DNA of 64,000 nucleotides from positions 248,001-312,000 of IMG/VR virus record IMGVR_UViG_3300023174_000039. One strand, 5' to 3'. The notes beneath the pieces were generated by a model that worked only from the letters and a program-made list of their open reading frames with translations, searched no databases and had not been told where the DNA came from. The translations under genes were made by a program, and so were the position numbers. The stretch's first letter is position 1. The number at the start of each line of letters is the position of its first letter. This document shows, in pieces, positions 9,111 to 18,891 of this stretch.

Positions 9111-10586
9111 TTAGCTACAAACCTTTACATTGTACAACTGTTCAAATCTATCGGCATCAGCACGGTCATTTACCATGGGTTCTCCACGTATGTTTAGACT
9201 TGTGTTGAGCAACATGGCACAACCAGTTTCTTCATGCCAGGCTTCTAGTAGACGTCTGATCCCCGATCCGTCTGCGGGAACTGTTTGCACACGACTAGTG
9301 CCGTCATAATGAACGATAGCAGGAAATAAGTCACGATGCCTGCAACGAGCGATGACTTGCATATACCTACTGTTAGGGAAACCGCTAGGCATATCAAAAT
9401 AATTATGAACATGCTCCTCCAGAATAACTGGCGCAAATGGCCTGAATTGTTGTCTGCGTTTGATTGCATTTACACGTTCCTTTATGTCTGCCCCACGTGG
9501 GTCTGCCAATAATGATCTATTGCCCAAAGCCCTGGGACCAAATTCGGCACGACCACTGGCCACACCCACAATTTTATCCCGTAAAAGACCAGCCACGAGA
9601 TCGCCGACAGGATAGTGACCAGGGATATTGTGGCCCAAATAGGCATTGGTCCAATGTATCTGTTTCCTGTAAGCCAATGCTGCCGCACCAAGGCTACTGC
9701 CAGCATCGCCAGGACAAGGCATAATCCATATGTTATCAAAGTATTTTCCCAAGTTACGATTGGCACTACAGTTAAGAGCCACACCGCCCATGTACACTAA
9801 ATTGTTAGACCACGCAAAGTCACGTGCTCTACGCATTACATTATTGATCAACTGTTCTGCAATGCATTGAGCACCGGCAGCAATGTCATAATCTGACAGA
9901 TCTTTCAAGTATTTACGATCTATTCCTGTGTGTAGATTTTCACGGAATCTTATTTGATCTGAGTCTTTTACTAGTGTTTTCATACCAGTAGCCTGTGTGG
10001 CATCGCCATAGGCTGCCATGCCCATCAAGATGTATTCTTCGTCTAATGGGCGTAGGCCAACGCTGCCAGTAGCCGCAGAGTAGAACAGTCCAATTGAATG
10101 TGGATAACGTTGTGTCCAAAGTTTTCGATATGTTGCATAACCTTTTTGATCATATTCTGCTGCCCAGATTGTAATGGTATCAAATTCACCCACAGCATCA
10201 ATGACCACCACTGTGGCACGATTGTATGGCGAGGTTTGAAATCCTGCTGCCGCATGGCAAGCATGATGGTTGTGTGCGCTTGTGGTAGGTGAGCTCAGCA
10301 GAGCCCGAGGCACTTGTTGTTGTAGCACTTGATCAAGTGTGACTTTGTTCCACTCAATGCCTTGACCAGCATACCATTGTCGTAGTTGTTTAATCCAAGG
10401 ACGCTCGTAGTAGGCCACATGATCCACGCTATCAGTCAATGCATCCTCAATCAGTCCAGAGCAAATATCAGCGTCATTCTTGAGTTTTGAATAACGCTCA
10501 GAATGCCCGGCAAAAAGAATATCGCCCTGATGAATTACAGTAGCGGCAGCGTCGTGAAAACCTGCTGAAATTCCAAGTATTTTCAT
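9111..10586 (-). CDS. O-carbamoyltransferase (NodU/CmcH/TobZ family)
   Basis: HD, ERYSK, HHACHA, DAVGE, LMGMAAYG, GGVALNC, GDAG, EFGPRALGNRS, FRPFAP, RVQTV and LNTSLN..GEP motifs. Confidence 0.93.
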   Translation of the reverse strand: MKILGISAGFHDAAATVIHQGDILFAGHSERYSKLKNDADICSGLIEDALTDSVDHVAYYERPWIKQLRQWYAGQGIEWNKVTLDQVLQQQVPRALLSSPTTSAHNHHACHAAAGFQTSPYNRATVVVIDAVGEFDTITIWAAEYDQKGYATYRKLWTQRYPHSIGLFYSAATGSVGLRPLDEEYILMGMAAYGDATQATGMKTLVKDSDQIRFRENLHTGIDRKYLKDLSDYDIAAGAQCIAEQLINNVMRRARDFAWSNNLVYMGGVALNCSANRNLGKYFDNIWIMPCPGDAGSSLGAAALAYRKQIHWTNAYLGHNIPGHYPVGDLVAGLLRDKIVGVASGRAEFGPRALGNRSLLADPRGADIKERVNAIKRRQQFRPFAPVILEEHVHNYFDMPSGFPNSRYMQVIARCRHRDLFPAIVHYDGTSRVQTVPADGSGIRRLLEAWHEETGCAMLLNTSLNIRGEPMVNDRADADRFEQLYNVKVCS

Positions 10587-10684
10587 TTATAGATAAATGG
10601 ATCTCGTTTGCGTAGTTCTTTTAGTTTTTTGCGATAGCGAATTTCCATGCGAATTCTGTCAATTAAATTTCGAATCCATTTCAT
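10583..10684 (-). CDS. 33-aa basic protein ending RDPFIYK, coupled to the carbamoyltransferase; not in the ORF track
   Basis: MKWIRNLIDRIRMEIRYRKKLKELRKRDPFIYK; ATG one nt after the previous stop, and its TGA overlaps the next ATG (ATGA). Confidence 0.75.
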   Translation of the reverse strand: MKWIRNLIDRIRMEIRYRKKLKELRKRDPFIYK

Positions 10685-10685
10685 A

Positions 10686-11756
10686 TTAAGTTCCTTGTGT
10701 GATACACTGTACCTGACGATCACGAAAGTCAGCATCGCTCCAGTGATAGTTGTATATAGCACTAGAGCAACTGGTTGTTATTTTATACACATCTAAATAG
10801 TTATTTAACATGGACCAGATTGTGGCAGCATCTGTTGTGCCAAAACTCCGGATCAAATTCACTTGTGCCACTCTAGGATGGCCAATGGTGAGTGCTTTGT
10901 TTTCGGGGTCAAATCCATTGGCCACAAGCCATTCTCGGAACTGAGCCAGTTCTTTTATCTGCCACGGATAAGCGCCTGGATCTCTTGCCCACTCTATATC
11001 AAAGTCGCCGGCAGCTTCTGTTTGTGCTCGCAGTGTTGTGGTGGTCAATTCGTTTATGCGACTGTCGCGACCTTCATCATGGAACACTTCCCAATGATGT
11101 TTGCCCACTGCTTTGTTGACGCCCACATACACACCGCCTAGGCTGCGATTGATTGTTTCTATGCCAAACAGTTCATAATCTTCTGGCTGTAATTCGAATC
11201 TTGGTGCATTTAACCAACACATGAGTTGGCTGGGACGCACCCATTCAGGTGCATGTTGTGCCTTGCGCATGCTGAGCACAAGACTTTCATACTCGTGACA
11301 CAACAAGTTTAATTGACGAATGTGCCAACGTGTGGCAGCATCTGCGGCTGTGTAAAACGGACTCATTGCACCTGATACGCCTTGAAGGTCTTCAAAATAA
11401 CGGTGCAATCGATTTGTTTTGCTGTGTATGAGTTTGCCTCCAGGCAACCCATCGCCTACAGCACCTGCAGTAATGGTATTTGTGGTATCAAAATGATCTG
11501 TAATTTGATAGCCCATGTCCGCGGCATTGATGGCGGCAATTGACTGATTGATTTGATCACATATGTACTCTGCTGTTCTAGCACCTTGATGCCATCCAAA
11601 CCAACAGTAGTTCTTTTCTAAATGAAGATTGTTTTGTAATATATCATTCAGTGCCGCCAGCCAACGACGGCTAAGGCTGTGATCTTCTACATCTATGTAC
11701 ACTGGCAATAGGTCACCTGTGTGCATGTTTCTCAATGTTATTTCAATTTGTTCCAA
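10686..11756 (-). CDS. Hypothetical protein in the modification cluster
   Basis: 356-aa ORF tiling between neighbours; no family recognised. Confidence 0.75.
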   Translation of the reverse strand: MEQIEITLRNMHTGDLLPVYIDVEDHSLSRRWLAALNDILQNNLHLEKNYCWFGWHQGARTAEYICDQINQSIAAINAADMGYQITDHFDTTNTITAGAVGDGLPGGKLIHSKTNRLHRYFEDLQGVSGAMSPFYTAADAATRWHIRQLNLLCHEYESLVLSMRKAQHAPEWVRPSQLMCWLNAPRFELQPEDYELFGIETINRSLGGVYVGVNKAVGKHHWEVFHDEGRDSRINELTTTTLRAQTEAAGDFDIEWARDPGAYPWQIKELAQFREWLVANGFDPENKALTIGHPRVAQVNLIRSFGTTDAATIWSMLNNYLDVYKITTSCSSAIYNYHWSDADFRDRQVQCITQGT

Positions 11757-13056
11757 TTTGATCCCACCATTCTTTGACGTCAGTCCGTGCGCTCAATATC
11801 TTTGCCATATCAGTAGGCGCTGTGCGTATGCTTTCTAATTTTAACACACGAGCATGGCCTTTTGCAAGCCCTGCACGATAAGTATCTGGCCATTGTTCCT
11901 CAAACGTTGGTCTAGACTGTAGTTGCAACAACATGTCACGCATGACTTGTGTGCGGCATTGCGGCACTAGATCGTTTATCCAGGAATTCAGCAACGGTCT
12001 GGGCAGAGCCAATGGGCTCATTACAATATCTGGACCAAAGCTGAATATCACCTTGGCCAGCAATTCTACCCCATATTCTTCTGCAAGTTGTTCCACTGCT
12101 AGTATTTCTGTCATGCCCGGCAAGGTCAGCGTAAAGTCCAGGCGCATTTGTCTGCGGTTCTGCTGTATGGCTACGCCTTGTGCAAAGTTGTTTCTGAACT
12201 GTTCGTAGTCAAGTCCTGTGCGGATGTATTCTCCTGTGGCTCCTGTTCCGTCAAGACTGGCGCATATCTGCCAGTCGCGGATACAAGCCAAAATATCCCG
12301 ATATAGATTACAGCCCCTATAGTCAACGCGACTAAGATTGGTATTATACCTTGCATATACTCTACCTCCATCTCCTAATTCCACTATTCTTTTCATGTAG
12401 CGCCAGTGCTGTTCGTACATGAGTGGCTCGCCGCCTACCCAGTATATTTCTTCTACTCTGTGTTCTTCTACTGCTTGTGCAAACTCCGCTTCGATCTGTT
12501 GGTCTTGAAAAGCACTTATTTGAGTTCTTATTTCTGGACGCATCCAATTGTTCTTGGGATTTGACCAGTCTGTCATTTCATTTTGTTTTTGTTCTGTTTC
12601 CCACGCACTGCTCAACATATCGCCACAGGTTCTGCATTTAAAATTGCACAGGTTTGAAAAACGATAATCCCAGCTTACAGGCTTCATTGTTGTGTAGCCA
12701 GTGGCGTCTGTTGTGGCTGCTATGTCTTCGTACTTGTGCTTGAACAAATGCCAGAAGTAGGTTCTGTACACATCTGTGTTCAACAGCTTTGAATTGCATA
12801 CATCACACTCAGGCAAAGTTTCACCGGCCAACATGCGACGACGCACTGATCGCATGTGATCACTGTTCCAATGCTGTTCCAAGGTAATGGGAATGTACCG
12901 GCCTGTGCCTGCCGCAGTGTCTATGTACTGTTCAAAACTCTGTGCTGGTTCTCTAGAGGCACAGCACATTCTTCGTTCAGTTTGGGGGCTTAGGTATGTG
13001 TGCGTCCATGGGGCCATACACAATGATTCGGGTTTATTTTGACTCTGCATATGCAA
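11743..13056 (-). CDS. Radical SAM protein with N-terminal twitch-like domain (subtype B)
   Basis: LCMAPWTH...MCC...CDVC, CNFKCRTC, GGEP, YNTN, EYIRTG. Confidence 0.9.
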   Translation of the reverse strand: MHMQSQNKPESLCMAPWTHTYLSPQTERRMCCASREPAQSFEQYIDTAAGTGRYIPITLEQHWNSDHMRSVRRRMLAGETLPECDVCNSKLLNTDVYRTYFWHLFKHKYEDIAATTDATGYTTMKPVSWDYRFSNLCNFKCRTCGDMLSSAWETEQKQNEMTDWSNPKNNWMRPEIRTQISAFQDQQIEAEFAQAVEEHRVEEIYWVGGEPLMYEQHWRYMKRIVELGDGGRVYARYNTNLSRVDYRGCNLYRDILACIRDWQICASLDGTGATGEYIRTGLDYEQFRNNFAQGVAIQQNRRQMRLDFTLTLPGMTEILAVEQLAEEYGVELLAKVIFSFGPDIVMSPLALPRPLLNSWINDLVPQCRTQVMRDMLLQLQSRPTFEEQWPDTYRAGLAKGHARVLKLESIRTAPTDMAKILSARTDVKEWWDQIGTN

Positions 13057-13981
13057 TTATGGGATTTATTATTTCATTTATTATCCGAGACTCTGCCAAA
13101 TTATGATCATAAAATCGATTGTGATTGTGTTCTAACTTTTGTAATGTCAATTGGTCGTGAGGTACTGGATCAAAATTCTTTACGGTACTGACCAATGCTG
13201 TCAATCTCTCGGTGTAATCACTGATATTATCATAACTTTCGTCAAATAGATTGTCAAATGTTTCAAATCCCTGGGACTGGAGATATTTTAAATGTCCCGC
13301 TTGTGCCATTACCACAAAAGGATGATAAAAAGCCATGGGTTTAAATGTCTTTTCTGTGACAAATATTTCAGGAGCATCCACAAGTGTTTCTGCCACTATG
13401 CTAAAATATGTGCTATCATACCAGTCTGGGTTGAAGTGTCGCTGAAAGTTTACATCATTCATATCATTGTCATTGGGCAAGGTTCTACCATGCATGGTAT
13501 AACTCCATACCAGTTGATCTAGTATTTCTGCCAAGTGCACCACCAATGCGTCGCGATGCTGCCGCCGCTGACGCATCGGCAGCAGTGCCAGTTTTTGATA
13601 GGTCCTATTAGGTTGATAACCGGACCAGTTGGCTTTGTTTAGGCTGGCTTCATTGTACCAAAACCAATTCTGATTGTGCAAAACAAAACAATTCTCTACT
13701 GGGTCAGGGAATTTATGCATTATCTGTGGTGACTCCCATAAATTATCTAATACAATTTTATAAGAATCATTGAGGTACGGTCTATACCAGTCTGTATAAT
13801 ACCAGGCTGAAGAACTGGAGTGTCTAAGAGCATTTGCAACTAACACATGATCATTGCGGTTATAATCAACACCCTCTTGCCAATTTACTATATCAAAATA
13901 TGGTTCTACCAATCTCTGTAGTAGTACTTGATGAAATGATGTCCTGTCATCCTGGTTGATTAATAATTTAAGTCGCGGCAT
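13034..13981 (-). CDS. Glycosyltransferase-like protein, TEK family
   Basis: FSIVAET...FVTEKTFKPM...PFVV...GFETF...DESYD. Confidence 0.55.
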   Translation of the reverse strand: MPRLKLLINQDDRTSFHQVLLQRLVEPYFDIVNWQEGVDYNRNDHVLVANALRHSSSSAWYYTDWYRPYLNDSYKIVLDNLWESPQIMHKFPDPVENCFVLHNQNWFWYNEASLNKANWSGYQPNRTYQKLALLPMRQRRQHRDALVVHLAEILDQLVWSYTMHGRTLPNDNDMNDVNFQRHFNPDWYDSTYFSIVAETLVDAPEIFVTEKTFKPMAFYHPFVVMAQAGHLKYLQSQGFETFDNLFDESYDNISDYTERLTALVSTVKNFDPVPHDQLTLQKLEHNHNRFYDHNLAESRIINEIINPIIAYAESK

Positions 13982-15191
13982 GATTATATGAATAATTTAT
14001 CAATGCTGAAAATTCTGGTTCAACCACAGCTAGGTCTTGTTCACGTTTACGGTCCAGGTCACGTATGCGCATACGCATGATGTTGCCGTCAGTGGATGCA
14101 CCCTTCATCATGAATTCCACAATACGATCAAACTCTTCACGGTACTGAGCAGGTACATCAGCAGAGTTTAAATGGTCTGCAATGGCTGTTTTGGCATCAT
14201 CAGGCAGGGTAGCAATAGAGAAGTACCAGGCATCATGCATCATGTTCCAGTACACAAAGTCAAATTGTTGTTCTACAATCCAGTGGGCCAGTTGATCAAT
14301 ATAGCGCACATTAAAGATATTCACTGTGCTACAGCATTGCAGTTGAATATTGGGATAGTCTTCCCTTAATAAACGAAAACGATCAATATTGAACACCACG
14401 TCTGCCCACACAGCATTTGAACGCTGATACTCAAAGCGTTCGCGCAAGTCATCAATCGAAAATGCAATTTCTACTGTTTTGAAATGCTTCCAGATAGCTT
14501 CTGCTTGTTCAGGAAACTGTGTGCCATTTGTGTTGTAGTGTATTTCAACTTGATGTGCAATACCACGATCCACTAGACCCTGTAACATATTGAAGTGTTC
14601 CTGGATCATGAATGGCTCGCCACCAGTGAATTCAATGTAACGAATGTCAGTCAGAATGTGATCAATTTCTGCCCAGAACGTTTCATTTTCTCTGGGCCAG
14701 GCGCCTGCTTGTAGCATTTGATAATGAAAGCTGGCTTTCTTCTCGTCGCCACGCAGTTGTGTGAGTTCTTCAGCGGCAAATTGACTTGAGCTCCAGGATC
14801 CACATATGCGGCATTTTAAGTTGCAAATGTTGCCCAGTTTGAGATCCATGAACATCAAGGGCTTGGCATCTGCTGTCCAGGCCTGATCGTCAATCACGTG
14901 CTTGAGTCGGTTGAGTGTGTGCATGCGTTTGCTGGTGCGTCCTGAACGCTCTTCGTTCCAGCACTTGCGACATGTCTGTGGCTTTTCGCCATCCAAGAAC
15001 TGTTGCCGTAGACCGCGCATGTGAGTGCTGTTTTGTATGTCTTTAAAGTTGGCAGTCATCAAGCTGAATTTCACGTTGTTGTCATCGACAATTTCGTCAT
15101 CAGCCAAACAGCAAGGGCGCACTGTGCCAATCGGGCTAGCTTCAAGACTGACCCAAGGTAGTACGCAGAATTTTTCGTGTGGTAATTTCAT
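13968..15191 (-). CDS. Radical SAM protein with N-terminal twitch-like domain (subtype B)
   Basis: FCVLPW...PCC...CRKCW, CNLKCRIC, TGGEP, YNTNG. Confidence 0.9.
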   Translation of the reverse strand: MKLPHEKFCVLPWVSLEASPIGTVRPCCLADDEIVDDNNVKFSLMTANFKDIQNSTHMRGLRQQFLDGEKPQTCRKCWNEERSGRTSKRMHTLNRLKHVIDDQAWTADAKPLMFMDLKLGNICNLKCRICGSWSSSQFAAEELTQLRGDEKKASFHYQMLQAGAWPRENETFWAEIDHILTDIRYIEFTGGEPFMIQEHFNMLQGLVDRGIAHQVEIHYNTNGTQFPEQAEAIWKHFKTVEIAFSIDDLRERFEYQRSNAVWADVVFNIDRFRLLREDYPNIQLQCCSTVNIFNVRYIDQLAHWIVEQQFDFVYWNMMHDAWYFSIATLPDDAKTAIADHLNSADVPAQYREEFDRIVEFMMKGASTDGNIMRMRIRDLDRKREQDLAVVEPEFSALINYSYNHAAT

Positions 15192-16477
15192 TTTAATGCT
15201 TTCAATTCAGGAATAACATCCAGGATGTTTTCTTTTCTAATTTCGTCCAGCTGTTGAGTCTTGCTCCAGAATTTAGGGATCAAATGACTGTTGTCTGTAG
15301 CTTGCAAATAGTTAATAGCTGATTCAAAACCCTGTGTGGCACGACCCAACCGGTCCTGGGGGCGTAACCATGCCAGGTGCTGTTGATATAACTCAATCAA
15401 TTCAGCTTTGTATTCTGGTGTGGCAATATCAATTCTATAATACGCAGGGTCTTGCAGTATGTTTACGTTTAGATCCTGAGGGTTTAATAGACCTTTTTCA
15501 ACCCAGTCACGATGAAACTCAGGCAAGTGTTGAGCATTCATAATGCTCAACGTGGGCGAAATATAAAAATCTACTTCAGGACAAATGCTCAGCATGTCTC
15601 TGCGATTTTGTTCCACCACTGACCAGTCTGTGCCCTTGCGTATGTATTCGCCACGTGCACCAGAATCGTCTAGACTTGCGCCCACTGCCACTGATTGAAA
15701 CTGTTTCCAGTATTCAAAAACTGAGTTACCTTTAAGGTCTGTGTGTGTGAAGTTTGTGTTGTATATTAGTCGTACATCAAATCGTTGGCGTTTGACCAGC
15801 TCGTCAAGAATATGATAGTGTTCTTCCATCAACAGCGGTTCGCCGCCGGCAAAATAAATTTGTTCTACATAGTCTAGATGCGGCTCTAGTTGTTCCCACA
15901 CATCTGTTTCTGTGCGGCCAGCATAGTTGAGAACTTTGTTTTTTTGTTTCCAATCACCGCCGGCCAATTTGGCTTGATCTTGATACCACGAACTACTAAA
16001 GATATGACCACAACTGCGGCAACTTAGATTGCACAGATTACTGAAGCGAATGTCCCAGTAGGTCATTTCAAATTGGTCAGTATGTCCTGTAGAATCTGTA
16101 GCTTGTACTCGATCCACATGGTGCCCATGGTGCTTGTTTGCTGATTGTCGCCCTGTGAAGAAACCCGATTGTTCTTGTTCGTAGCAACGTCCGCAGGCAG
16201 CATTGGGTATTTCACTCAGCATGTCCTTGCGCAATTGGCGCTGTGCTGGGCTATTCCATATTTCTTTAAGAGTGTTTGTGCGACAATTGCCAATTTGCCC
16301 CACACCCATTTCGGCGTGACAGCACGGGTATGCTTCGCCTGTGGGGTAGGCATGTAAATGAATCCAAGGATAGATACAGAAAGTTTTGGATTCTGTCAAC
16401 AAGAATCTTTCACGTTCTGTCAGTGCGCTCATGTCTCCACGCACTAGATCACTGCTGTTGTATTTGTATTGTGTCAT
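15188..16477 (-). CDS. Radical SAM protein with N-terminal twitch-like domain (subtype B)
   Basis: FCIYPWIH...PCC...CGRCY, CNLSCRSC, AGGEP, YNTN. Confidence 0.9.
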   Translation of the reverse strand: MTQYKYNSSDLVRGDMSALTERERFLLTESKTFCIYPWIHLHAYPTGEAYPCCHAEMGVGQIGNCRTNTLKEIWNSPAQRQLRKDMLSEIPNAACGRCYEQEQSGFFTGRQSANKHHGHHVDRVQATDSTGHTDQFEMTYWDIRFSNLCNLSCRSCGHIFSSSWYQDQAKLAGGDWKQKNKVLNYAGRTETDVWEQLEPHLDYVEQIYFAGGEPLLMEEHYHILDELVKRQRFDVRLIYNTNFTHTDLKGNSVFEYWKQFQSVAVGASLDDSGARGEYIRKGTDWSVVEQNRRDMLSICPEVDFYISPTLSIMNAQHLPEFHRDWVEKGLLNPQDLNVNILQDPAYYRIDIATPEYKAELIELYQQHLAWLRPQDRLGRATQGFESAINYLQATDNSHLIPKFWSKTQQLDEIRKENILDVIPELKALK

Positions 16478-17801
16478 ACCATTCTTTTAAGTTGGGGAAT
16501 ACGCTGCCAAAATTCTTGTGTCTGCGATGATCGTATTGCGAATAGAACTGTTTGAAATCATTGTGCAGTGAAGGCATGTCAAATGTGTCCGAATGAGGGG
16601 TCTTTACTACATCTAGGTAATCAATTAGCCGTTGTGTGTGATTTACTTCGTGTTCGTGCAACAAAGAGTTGGTACAATTGTTTGCAAGCCATTTTTCTAG
16701 CGCCACACGGAATTGTTCACGCAGTTCTGTGGGCATTACAAGTGCAGATTGAAAACTGGGAAAGCGCAAGATATTTAATGTAAAATTCACACGTTCACGA
16801 CCGTATGTGCGTTTTAATTCCAGCAATTGATCTAGTAACTCGGGCAATGTGGGCAGGCACAAGGCATTGATTGTACACATCACGTGTACTGCTTTTACTG
16901 TATTACTCTGCAACAGCAGGTTTATGTTTGAAAGCCATTGTGCATAGTCCAGGCCGTCACGTATGTACTCAGCACTTGTACCAGTGGCTTCCATACTGGT
17001 GTAAAGTTCCACATGCGGCAGTGAACGGATGGCATCAATGAACTCCTGCAGTTTTTCGGTATCAAAACTCAGATTTGAATTGATAGCTAGTTTTGTAGTT
17101 GACTTGCCCTGATTTGTTTTGAACCAATCAATCAGCTTCCAGGTGTAGCCCGACATCAAGGGCTCTCCGCCGGTTATTCTTAGTTCTTGCAAGGTTTTGT
17201 GGAGGTCTGTTTCCCACCATTCAAAGAAGGCGTTGACGTAAGGATTATCCTCACCGAATTTATAAAGTTGAGCACTATTATGCTCATGAGTAAAGTGGTT
17301 GCGACCATCTGACTGTAACTTAACATAAGGTCCATTTCGCTTGATGTCATTGACCCATGTGCTTGAAAATGCAGGATTGCAGTAACTACAAGCAAGCTGG
17401 CAAGTGCGATCAAAAGCAATTTCCAAGGTGCGTAGGTTAACGTCTTCGTGTACAGGTGTGTTAAAAGCTTCATTTAATGATTCTATAGGATATATCTTTG
17501 ATTTATACACACGATCGCTCACAGCATCACGACCCATGTCTTCAATCTTCCAACAGTACTCGCAGCCTGCTGGTCGTTCACCTGCTAGCATTTTTGCACG
17601 ATCATCACGTTTTTGTCGTGTGTTATGCAAGGCAGCAGGATTAATAATTACTTCTTTTTCAGTCACGTGATGTGCTGGTGGATGATGACAACTTGTGGTT
17701 TGTCCTGAGCCCAACCAGATGGTTGCATTGTACCATTTAGCGGCACAAAAACTAGCTGACTTGGTATCAAGGTGTTGTTGACGGAATTCTAGATCGTTCA
17801 T
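16449..17801 (-). CDS. Radical SAM protein with N-terminal twitch-like domain (subtype A)
   Basis: FCAAKW...SCHHPPAH...CEYCW, CQLACSYC, TGGEP; close paralogue of 7051..8463. Confidence 0.9.
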   Translation of the reverse strand: MNDLEFRQQHLDTKSASFCAAKWYNATIWLGSGQTTSCHHPPAHHVTEKEVIINPAALHNTRQKRDDRAKMLAGERPAGCEYCWKIEDMGRDAVSDRVYKSKIYPIESLNEAFNTPVHEDVNLRTLEIAFDRTCQLACSYCNPAFSSTWVNDIKRNGPYVKLQSDGRNHFTHEHNSAQLYKFGEDNPYVNAFFEWWETDLHKTLQELRITGGEPLMSGYTWKLIDWFKTNQGKSTTKLAINSNLSFDTEKLQEFIDAIRSLPHVELYTSMEATGTSAEYIRDGLDYAQWLSNINLLLQSNTVKAVHVMCTINALCLPTLPELLDQLLELKRTYGRERVNFTLNILRFPSFQSALVMPTELREQFRVALEKWLANNCTNSLLHEHEVNHTQRLIDYLDVVKTPHSDTFDMPSLHNDFKQFYSQYDHRRHKNFGSVFPNLKEWYDTIQIQQQ

Positions 17802-18891
17802 TTAAAAATTGCTCTAATAGTAAGGGAAGGTGAGCACGTTGTTGTTGGTTGTACTCCACAAGATGTTGCTGATTGTATTTACAGATGTCGCGGCTGGCTC
17901 GCCAGAAATGTTCAGGACCACTTTTCAAAATATAACGCACTGTTTCTATTATACGCTTGATCCTGGCATGTGGACAATCAATTTGGTCGTAGGATTCATC
18001 TATAATGCCATCAAATGTTTGAAAGCCAGCATGCTGTAGGTCTCGAAGATAGCCGCAATTGGCAGCAACCACAAACGGATGTGCCATCAGAATTGGCTTG
18101 TAGATCTTTTCTGTTCTAAATGAATACGGATAATCAAATATGGTTTCTGACACTAGGCTAAACCAAGAGTCTGTGTAGCAAAAATGATTAACTATGGCAT
18201 CGCCCCAGGTGTTACCAAACAACTCATGCTTGATAAAACCCGATGTGCTCACCGTGGTCAATTGTGGCACAGCACGTGAAATTTCATACTCTGGAGGCAG
18301 TAATCTTATGTGCTCCTGTTTGTCGGGAGTGAGTCTGGATGTGAATTCCATTTCTACTGTGCTGCCTAGATTGGTCCACAATGCACGATCCAATAGTCCT
18401 TGATCACGCAGACCGTCAATTAAACATTTACGATGGGGGCGTAAGCGGCCGTTTAAAAACAAAAACTCATAGGGTCTTGAATCTGTATACTCCCATAATG
18501 CTTGTATCTGTGATGCCCGATTTTCCCTGTATTCAACAATGTTTGAAAAGTAACAATCTGTACTGAAATGATTCCACCCAGGTTCTAGGCCACCAGATGT
18601 CATTAACAGTATGCGGCCATCACGCACATGGTCTTCTATCATGAGTCGTTTCAATTGTAGCAGGATAGTTTCGCTTCCTTCTGCAGGATTACAAAATACA
18701 ATCCGACCCGGATGTTCCGTTGCCCATGTGGTTATTGCTGTCCAGTTGTCTTTTAACAACAGCCGCCCAATGATGTAAATATTTTCTGGATTCAAGTCAG
18801 GCATTTGCCAAAATGAGTCGTCGGCATAGGGCTTGAGTAAATCCCACACTTCAGCCCATTCGTCTACCACAATCTTATGTGTTCCTAGCAT
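17767..18891 (-). CDS. Glycosyltransferase-like protein, TEK family
   Basis: FSLVSET...FRTEKIYKPI...HPFVV...GFQTF...DESYD. Confidence 0.55.
   Translation of the reverse strand: MLGTHKIVVDEWAEVWDLLKPYADDSFWQMPDLNPENIYIIGRLLLKDNWTAITTWATEHPGRIVFCNPAEGSETILLQLKRLMIEDHVRDGRILLMTSGGLEPGWNHFSTDCYFSNIVEYRENRASQIQALWEYTDSRPYEFLFLNGRLRPHRKCLIDGLRDQGLLDRALWTNLGSTVEMEFTSRLTPDKQEHIRLLPPEYEISRAVPQLTTVSTSGFIKHELFGNTWGDAIVNHFCYTDSWFSLVSETIFDYPYSFRTEKIYKPILMAHPFVVAANCGYLRDLQHAGFQTFDGIIDESYDQIDCPHARIKRIIETVRYILKSGPEHFWRASRDICKYNQQHLVEYNQQQRAHLPLLLEQFLNERSRIPSTTP

Noticed and set aside
9111-10586. Firm call of DNA hypermodification (carbamoylation of hydroxymethylcytosine)
   Set aside because: Possible for this enzyme family, but no hydroxymethylase or other base-modifying gene is in the window and the neighbours look glycan related. 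Kept only as an alternative.
3461-10684. Saxitoxin or aminoglycoside antibiotic biosynthesis
   Set aside because: Only tailoring families are shared; scaffold enzymes (PKS-like SxtA, cyclitol synthase, aminotransferases) are absent here.
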